Below are positions 59,064 through 64,000 of a stretch of 64,000 nucleotides of DNA, piece after piece. Within the stretch, counting starts at the first letter, position 1, and the number at the start of each line of letters is the position of its first letter. The position numbers and the translations under genes were made by a program. Location of the stretch: contig CAZBMJ010000001.1 in assembly GCA_964493205.1 (NCBI GenBank), positions 9,611 to 73,610 on the forward strand, given 5' to 3'. The DNA is from an uncultured Myxococcales bacterium. GTDB lineage: Bacteria > Myxococcota > UBA727 > JABDBI01. Under the pieces are notes generated by a model that ran no database searches, had not been told where the DNA came from, and saw only the letters and a program-made list of their open reading frames with translations.

Positions 59064-59507
59064 ATGGCTAAAAAAGCTACTGCGTATATTAAGTTGCAAA
59101 TACCTGCGGGTAAGGCTAATCCTTCACCACCGGTAGGACCAGCTCTTGGTCAACATTCTGTTAATATCATGGGATTTTGTAAAGAATTCAATGCTAGAAC
59201 CCAAGATCAAATGGGTATGGTTATCCCTGTTGTTATTACAGTGTATCAAGATAAGTCTTTTACTTTTGTTACCAAAACCCCACCTGCCCCTATTTTGATC
59301 AAAAAAACTCTTGGTCTTAAAATGGAGAAAAAACCTGGTTCAGGCGCTAAAAACCCTGGAAAAGAAAAAGTAGGTAAAATTACTCAAAAACAATTAGAAG
59401 ATATAGCTACGCTAAAAATGGCTGATTTGAATTGTTACGATGTGAAAGCTGGTGCAAAAATTATTGCTGGAACAGCGCGTTCCATGGGCATCGACGTCGT
59501 AGGTTAA
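59064..59507 (+). CDS. rplK: 50S ribosomal protein L11
   Basis: [54 protein letters not shown]. Confidence 0.95.
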   Translation: MAKKATAYIKLQIPAGKANPSPPVGPALGQHSVNIMGFCKEFNARTQDQMGMVIPVVITVYQDKSFTFVTKTPPAPILIKKTLGLKMEKKPGSGAKNPGKEKVGKITQKQLEDIATLKMADLNCYDVKAGAKIIAGTARSMGIDVVG

Positions 59508-59541
59508 TTTTTAATGTTTTTGAGATAAAAAGAGGAATAAA

Positions 59542-60243
59542 ATGGCTAAAAAAGGCAAAAGATATACAAAAGTTTCAGCAAAACTAGAACACAACAAATG
59601 CTATGATCTTGCATCGGCTTGTGCTTTGCTTAAAGAAACCAAAAGTGCAAAATTTGATGAATCTGCTGATATTGCTATAAATCTTGGTGTGGATCCACGC
59701 CATGCTGACCAAATGGTGAGAGGGGCAGTGGTTCTTCCACATGGTACAGGAAAAACAGTTCGTGTGGCAGTATTTGCCAAAGGTGCTAAAGCTGAAGAAG
59801 CTAAAGCGGCTGGTGCAGATATTGTTGGTGCAGAAGATCTAGCTACTAAAGTAGAACAAGGATTTTTGGACTTCGATAGAGTTATCGCTCATCCAGAAAT
59901 GATGATCGTTGTTGGTAAACTTGGAAAAGTATTAGGCCCAAGAGGTTTGATGCCCAATCCTAAAGTTGGTACCGTGACCATGGATGTGGCTAAAGCTGTG
60001 CAAGAAGCTAAGGGCGGAAAAGTAGAGTTTAAAGTTGATAAAAATGGAGTACTGCATATTCCATTTGGTAGAGCTTCTTTTGATAAAGAAAAGCTTGAAG
60101 GCAATTTAAAAACTTTATTAGAAACTGTACAAAAACTAAAACCTCACAGCTTAAAAGGTATCTATATGAGAAAGATAGTTCTTTCTTTGACTATGGGACC
60201 GTCTATTAAACTTGATATGCAACAAATCATAGCTAGTTTATAG
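59542..60243 (+). CDS. rplA: 50S ribosomal protein L1
   Basis: 233 aa matching the L1 family. RBS AAGAGG. Confidence 0.95.
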   Translation: MAKKGKRYTKVSAKLEHNKCYDLASACALLKETKSAKFDESADIAINLGVDPRHADQMVRGAVVLPHGTGKTVRVAVFAKGAKAEEAKAAGADIVGAEDLATKVEQGFLDFDRVIAHPEMMIVVGKLGKVLGPRGLMPNPKVGTVTMDVAKAVQEAKGGKVEFKVDKNGVLHIPFGRASFDKEKLEGNLKTLLETVQKLKPHSLKGIYMRKIVLSLTMGPSIKLDMQQIIASL

Positions 60244-60267
60244 TATTTTAAGTTATTTAAACTTATG

Positions 60268-60293
60268 AAGCGCGCTTTTTAGCGCGTTTTTTT
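60268..60293 (+). terminator. rho-independent terminator after rplA
   Basis: AAGCGCGCT tttt AGCGCGTT followed by TTTTT. Confidence 0.6.
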
Positions 60294-60299
60294 ATGTTT

Positions 60300-60518
60300 G
60301 CTATTGCCAAGCTGTAATCTTTATGCAATGCAGTAAGCTGATTTTGATGTTTTTGATCAAAGACAGCAGGTGGAAGTTTCCATAAAATTTTTGCTAACAA
60401 GCAAAAGTGCCGGCCGAGATTAAGGATGAAAATAATATTATTCTTCCCCAAAAAATCGGCTGTTATGGACTTTAAGTATCTGTTTTGTTAATCCAAGTTT
60501 TTACTTGAGGGTTGTACA
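60300..60518 (+). promoter_or_regulatory. rplJ (L10) leader region, with a candidate promoter and L10(L12)4-binding leader
   Basis: A 220-nt untranslated stretch precedes rplJ, as in the gammaproteobacterial L10 leaders. The listed antisense 62-aa ORF is probably spurious. Confidence 0.35.
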
Positions 60519-61043
60519 ATGAGCAGTTTGCAAAAAGAAGAACAGATATCTTTTATTAAAGATTTAGTGCAAAAGTCTGAATGTTTGATTCTTGCAGGGG
60601 TTGAAGGGCTGAATGCTGGTCAAGTGGCTGAGCTTCGTCGTAATCTGCATAAAGAAAATATCGGGTTTAAAGTCATCAAAAATAAATTAGCTAAAATTGC
60701 TATTAAAGATACAGATGCCTGTGTTTTGGATAACGATTTTGCTGGTTCTACTGCTATTGCTTGGAGTGAAAGCGATCCTGTAACACCTGCGAAAATTTTA
60801 GTTAAGTTTGAAAAAGAATTTGAAAAACTACAGTTAAAGTCTGGTTTTAATAGTAGTAAGCGTTTGAATTTTGAACAAATTAAAGCACTTTCTGCATTGC
60901 CAAATCTAGACGAACTTCGTGCTCAAATGCTTGGATTGTTTAATACTCCTCTTGCTAAGCTGCTTGCACAAATTAATGCACCAGCGAGCAACATGGTTGG
61001 GGTACTAAGCGCTAAAATCGATAAAGAAAAAGATAGCGAATAA
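60519..61043 (+). CDS. rplJ: 50S ribosomal protein L10
   Basis: 174-aa L10 family protein. RBS GAGGG. Confidence 0.9.
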   Translation: MSSLQKEEQISFIKDLVQKSECLILAGVEGLNAGQVAELRRNLHKENIGFKVIKNKLAKIAIKDTDACVLDNDFAGSTAIAWSESDPVTPAKILVKFEKEFEKLQLKSGFNSSKRLNFEQIKALSALPNLDELRAQMLGLFNTPLAKLLAQINAPASNMVGVLSAKIDKEKDSE

Positions 61044-61069
61044 TTTTTTAAAATTTTTTGGAGGAAAAA

Positions 61070-61450
61070 ATGGCTGATTTAGAAAAAATAAGTGAAGAGT
61101 TGTCAAAGCTTACAATTTTGGAAGCTGCTGACTTGGTAAAATTACTAGAAGATAAATGGGGCGTAAAAGCTGCTTCTGGTGGTGGCATGATGATGGCTAT
61201 GCCTATGGCTGGTGCTGGCGCTGCTGCTGCAGAAGAAAAAACTGAATTCGATGTAATTTTAGCTTCTGCTGGCGAGAAAAAAATTCAAGTTATCAAAGTA
61301 GTTCGTGAAGTTACTGGTCTTGGTCTTAAAGAAGCCAAAGATTTAGTAGACGGCGCACCTAAAGCGGTAAAAGAAAAGATCTCTAAAGCTGATGCTGAAA
61401 GCATAAAAGCTAAAATCGAAGCAGAAGGCGCTAAAGTAGAAATAAAGTAG
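61070..61450 (+). CDS. rplL: 50S ribosomal protein L7/L12
   Basis: [11 protein letters not shown]..., Ala/Gly-rich hinge and a conserved C-terminal domain. ATG 61070 lies 5 nt after GGAGG. The listed start at 61058 is a TTG. Confidence 0.9.
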   Translation: MADLEKISEELSKLTILEAADLVKLLEDKWGVKAASGGGMMMAMPMAGAGAAAAEEKTEFDVILASAGEKKIQVIKVVREVTGLGLKEAKDLVDGAPKAVKEKISKADAESIKAKIEAEGAKVEIK

Positions 61451-61482
61451 AGATTACTTAATTTTTTCTTTATAACGTTAGT

Positions 61483-61513
61483 GCTCGCAAATTATTGCGG
61501 GCATTATTTATTT
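61483..61513 (+). terminator. rho-independent terminator after rplL
   Basis: GCTCGCAA attat TGCGGGC followed by a T-rich tail. Confidence 0.5.
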
Positions 61514-61520
61514 GGTGCTT

Positions 61521-62381
61521 ATGAATAATTCTGGAATTTTACTGATAAATAAACCTGTTGGCATGTCTTCTTTTTTTGTTGTTAAAAAAGTTCGTCAGGC
61601 TTTTGGTGTTAAAAAAGTAGGTCACGCTGGTACTCTTGACCCTCTTGCTTGCGGCTTAATGATTATAGCGCTAGGAAAATATACCAAACTATGTGAATAT
61701 TTGTCTGCTAAAGATAAAATTTATGAAACGACTTTTTGTTTGGGCACTAAAACTTCTACTGATGACGCTGAGGGCGAAATTATTGAGCAAAAAAATTTTT
61801 CTCATATTACTCTTACAGACTTACAAAAAGCCATAGAAAGTTTTAGAGGCAAAATAGCCCAAGTGCCACCAAACTTTTCTGCTATTAAAGTAAACGGCAA
61901 AAGGGCTTACAGCTTAGCGAGAAACAATGAAGAAATTAGTTTAAAAGCCAGAAATATAGAAGTTTTTAGCATTGAACTTACTAAGTTTGAGCTGCCATTT
62001 ATTAGCTTAAAAATCCATTGTTCAAAAGGCACTTATATACGCTCAATAGCCCGAGATTTAGGCGAAATGCTTGGAGTAGGTGCCTATGCAAGTTTTATTA
62101 AACGCACAGCTTGCAGTAATTTTAATCTAGATCAAAGTGTGGAATTAGAAGATTTATTATGTAGTGATCCACATAAATATTTTTTGCCAAATTTGCAAAT
62201 TACTAAAAGCTTTAAAACTCTAGAGTTAAGCTTAGAAGAAAAAGACAAAATTATTAATAATCAAGTTTGTAATTTTAAAAATAACCAAACCAATGAACCA
62301 ATAGCTTTATTGCATGGTGAAAGCTTTATTGCTATGCTTAAAAACAGTGATAATAAAGCTAAGGTTATAAAGTTTGTTTAA
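61521..62381 (+). CDS. truB: tRNA pseudouridine(55) synthase
   Basis: GHAGTLDPLACGLM catalytic motif. ATG 61521. Confidence 0.85.
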   Translation: MNNSGILLINKPVGMSSFFVVKKVRQAFGVKKVGHAGTLDPLACGLMIIALGKYTKLCEYLSAKDKIYETTFCLGTKTSTDDAEGEIIEQKNFSHITLTDLQKAIESFRGKIAQVPPNFSAIKVNGKRAYSLARNNEEISLKARNIEVFSIELTKFELPFISLKIHCSKGTYIRSIARDLGEMLGVGAYASFIKRTACSNFNLDQSVELEDLLCSDPHKYFLPNLQITKSFKTLELSLEEKDKIINNQVCNFKNNQTNEPIALLHGESFIAMLKNSDNKAKVIKFV

Positions 62382-63116
62382 ATGAAGTGTAATATGGTTC
62401 TATTTTTTTATAAATTTAGTATATATACTTTTTTATTTTTATGTGTTGCTTGCAATATTACAGTAATACCATCTTCTTTAAAAAAATCTGATAATTCAGC
62501 TGATGTGGCTAATGATTCAAAACCGTATACTGGTCTTAATACTAGTCAAGAAATTTATATTAAATTAAATGACGAAGATGTTTCTTTAAAAGAGAAAGAA
62601 ACTGTACTGTTAGATGCTATTAAAAACTCTTCTATAAGTTATATGTTTGGAGACATATTAAAAGATAATAATGATGAAAATAAAAAATTTTATCAAGAAC
62701 AAGTTCTAGATATTATATTTAAACAAAAAGAAGACAGTTTATGGGAAATCTTTTTTAAAGAAAGGTTCTTTAAAAATGAAGCTGGAGGTATACCAAGTGC
62801 TAATTTACTGAGCTTTTACTGTAATTGGTTAATAAAAAAACAAAATGTAGATAGTCTTAAGTTTTTATTAAGTACTGAAGCTGGTAAACCATATAAAGAA
62901 AGAATTTTTAAAACTTTAGCAAATAATATAGTAAAGTTAGCCCTTCAAGAGAAATCAAAGGAAGAGCAAAATACTTATATAGAATCTGCTGTTAAGTTTT
63001 TGAAAACTAAATACCCTGAAGTTCAATGGAATGATGTTATTCAACAGTACGCTGTATATCTTGATAAAGCTAGCCAAGAATATATTTTAATTCAAAATTA
63101 TTTATTAAATAATTAA
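62382..63116 (+). CDS. hypothetical lipoprotein
   Basis: Lipobox LCVAC. Start abuts the truB stop. No recognisable domain. Confidence 0.45.
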   Translation: MKCNMVLFFYKFSIYTFLFLCVACNITVIPSSLKKSDNSADVANDSKPYTGLNTSQEIYIKLNDEDVSLKEKETVLLDAIKNSSISYMFGDILKDNNDENKKFYQEQVLDIIFKQKEDSLWEIFFKERFFKNEAGGIPSANLLSFYCNWLIKKQNVDSLKFLLSTEAGKPYKERIFKTLANNIVKLALQEKSKEEQNTYIESAVKFLKTKYPEVQWNDVIQQYAVYLDKASQEYILIQNYLLNN

Positions 63117-63157
63117 TTAGAAAAAAATTTGTGTGAGCTTTGCATTGCTAGCTTGGC

Positions 63158-63376
63158 TTAGCCAACCATCTTTAATTTCGGTGATATATCCCTAATTTTT
63201 TCATTAATCCAAAATTTTATAACTGCTTGCCTAGAAATACCAAGGTGATTAGCTTCCTTATCAAGCGCTTCAATCATCCATTCAGGGAAGTCTACAAGAA
63301 TTCTTCTTGAGGCAGTGGGCGCATCAAAGTATTGTAAAATATCTTCTTTGTTTTCATCAAACTTCTCATCAAGCAT
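63158..63376 (-). CDS. ribbon-helix-helix (CopG-like) small protein, possibly an orphan antitoxin
   Basis: RRILVDFPEWMIEALDKEANHLGISRQAVIKFWINEKI fits a beta-strand plus two helices RHH fold. No partner toxin ORF is adjacent. Confidence 0.4.
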   Translation of the reverse strand: MLDEKFDENKEDILQYFDAPTASRRILVDFPEWMIEALDKEANHLGISRQAVIKFWINEKIRDISPKLKMVG

Positions 63377-63588
63377 TTTTGCGTTAATATGTCCTTTACT
63401 TTTATTGCTATTTCTCTTTAATTAGCAAAGCTTAGGTGGGCAAGTTTATATGCTTAATTTAGATCTATGAGCAACAGCTGAAAAAGGCTAACCAATCGTT
63501 AAATAAAGTAAATTTATAACCAGTTAACCTATTGGCTTATTTTTTTTTAATCTATTGATATGTGTTTTAAAAATGTTAAATAAATATC

Positions 63589-64000
63589 ATGAAAAATATT
63601 TTTAAAATCTATTTTATTATTGCATTGTTATTTTTTATATCTTCTTGTGTTGATGTTGGGAAATCTGCGGAAAGAAAGCAATCTGGCGCCACAGAAAGTA
63701 CAGATTCTAAATCTAAAAAAGAAGCAGAAGAAAAAGCTGAAAAAGCCGAAGAAGAAAAATTGGCGAAAAAAGAGCCAACTGAATCTAAAGCTAACAAAAT
63801 AGAAATAGTAGGTGAGAATAAATATTTCAAAGTTAGTAAACAAGCTGGGAAAACTAGTCATGAAATAAAAAAAGCAGTTGATTCGCCTGTATTAATAAAA
63901 AATGACGGCACTGTAGTAGAAAATCAAGATTTAGATAAAATTTCTGATGAAGATTTTTCTAAGTTGTCTCACGTTATTTTGCCTGACTCCAATCCTTTGA
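63589..64000 (+). CDS. lipoprotein, 3' partial (runs off the window end), with a K/E-rich low-complexity region
   Basis: ATG 63589. Lipobox MKNIFKIYFIIALLFFISSC. The frame is open to the window end. The three listed ORFs at 63609-63861 are overlapping low-complexity artefacts in other frames. Confidence 0.5.
   Translation, partial: MKNIFKIYFIIALLFFISSCVDVGKSAERKQSGATESTDSKSKKEAEEKAEKAEEEKLAKKEPTESKANKIEIVGENKYFKVSKQAGKTSHEIKKAVDSPVLIKNDGTVVENQDLDKISDEDFSKLSHVILPDSNPL

Noticed and set aside
60263-60451. 62-aa antisense ORF between rplA and rplJ
   Set aside because: It lies in the expected rplJ leader and terminator region and has no RBS. Probably spurious.
63609-63861. Three overlapping K/R/F-rich ORFs (63609..63830 -, 63620..63802 +, 63628..63861 -)
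   Set aside because: They are alternative-frame and antisense readings of the A/G-rich low-complexity region of the real lipoprotein gene, which starts at 63589 in another frame.
1-64000. CRISPR arrays, rRNA genes, transposases and IS elements, integrases
   Set aside because: No array of short regularly spaced direct repeats was seen. There is no rRNA-like conserved block and no ORF with transposase or integrase motifs (DDE, tyrosine recombinase R..H..R..Y). The duplications seen are segmental and not bounded by inverted repeats.

Overview
This 64-kb window comes from a very AT-rich bacterial chromosome. A three-TM SecE, an RNase E and the E. coli-like thrU-tyrU-glyT-thrT...secE-nusG-rplKAJL arrangement point to a gammaproteobacterium, probably host-associated; that assignment is inference only. 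Housekeeping genes fill most of the window: rpoC (5' partial), rpsA, murJ, nrdAB, rseP, tatD, holA-like, rne, infA, queD, rimO, serS, glyA, purA, six tRNAs, secE-nusG-rplK-rplA-rplJ-rplL and truB. Among them sit accessory, eukaryote-like or degraded elements. These include a 925-aa ankyrin-repeat protein, an LRR protein, a papain-like C1 peptidase, an RCC1-like repeat lipoprotein and a PLD-domain giant. A roughly 5-kb zone (about 15.0-20.0 kb) is a mosaic of segmental duplications and gene fragments: tatD 3' ends, an alpha/beta hydrolase with intact and deleted copies, an rseP 3' end, and a small secreted-protein paralog pair. A sulP-dabA-dabB inorganic-carbon uptake operon is present. A RelE/ParE-type addiction module has a TGA at the conserved Cys codon of the toxin. 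The most unusual locus is at 29.9-39.1 kb: an S8 protease, an HlyD-like adaptor without its alpha-hairpin, two overlapping ABC half-transporter genes (one with an intact C39 peptidase), and a ~994-aa PLD protein with no signal peptide. The two ABC proteins read as a heterodimeric, peptidase-containing exporter with reciprocally degenerate ATPase motifs, and the PLD protein or an unlinked GG-leader peptide is the candidate cargo. No CRISPR array, rRNA or recognisable IS element was seen. All calls rest on reading motifs in the sequence and translations, and no database search was run.
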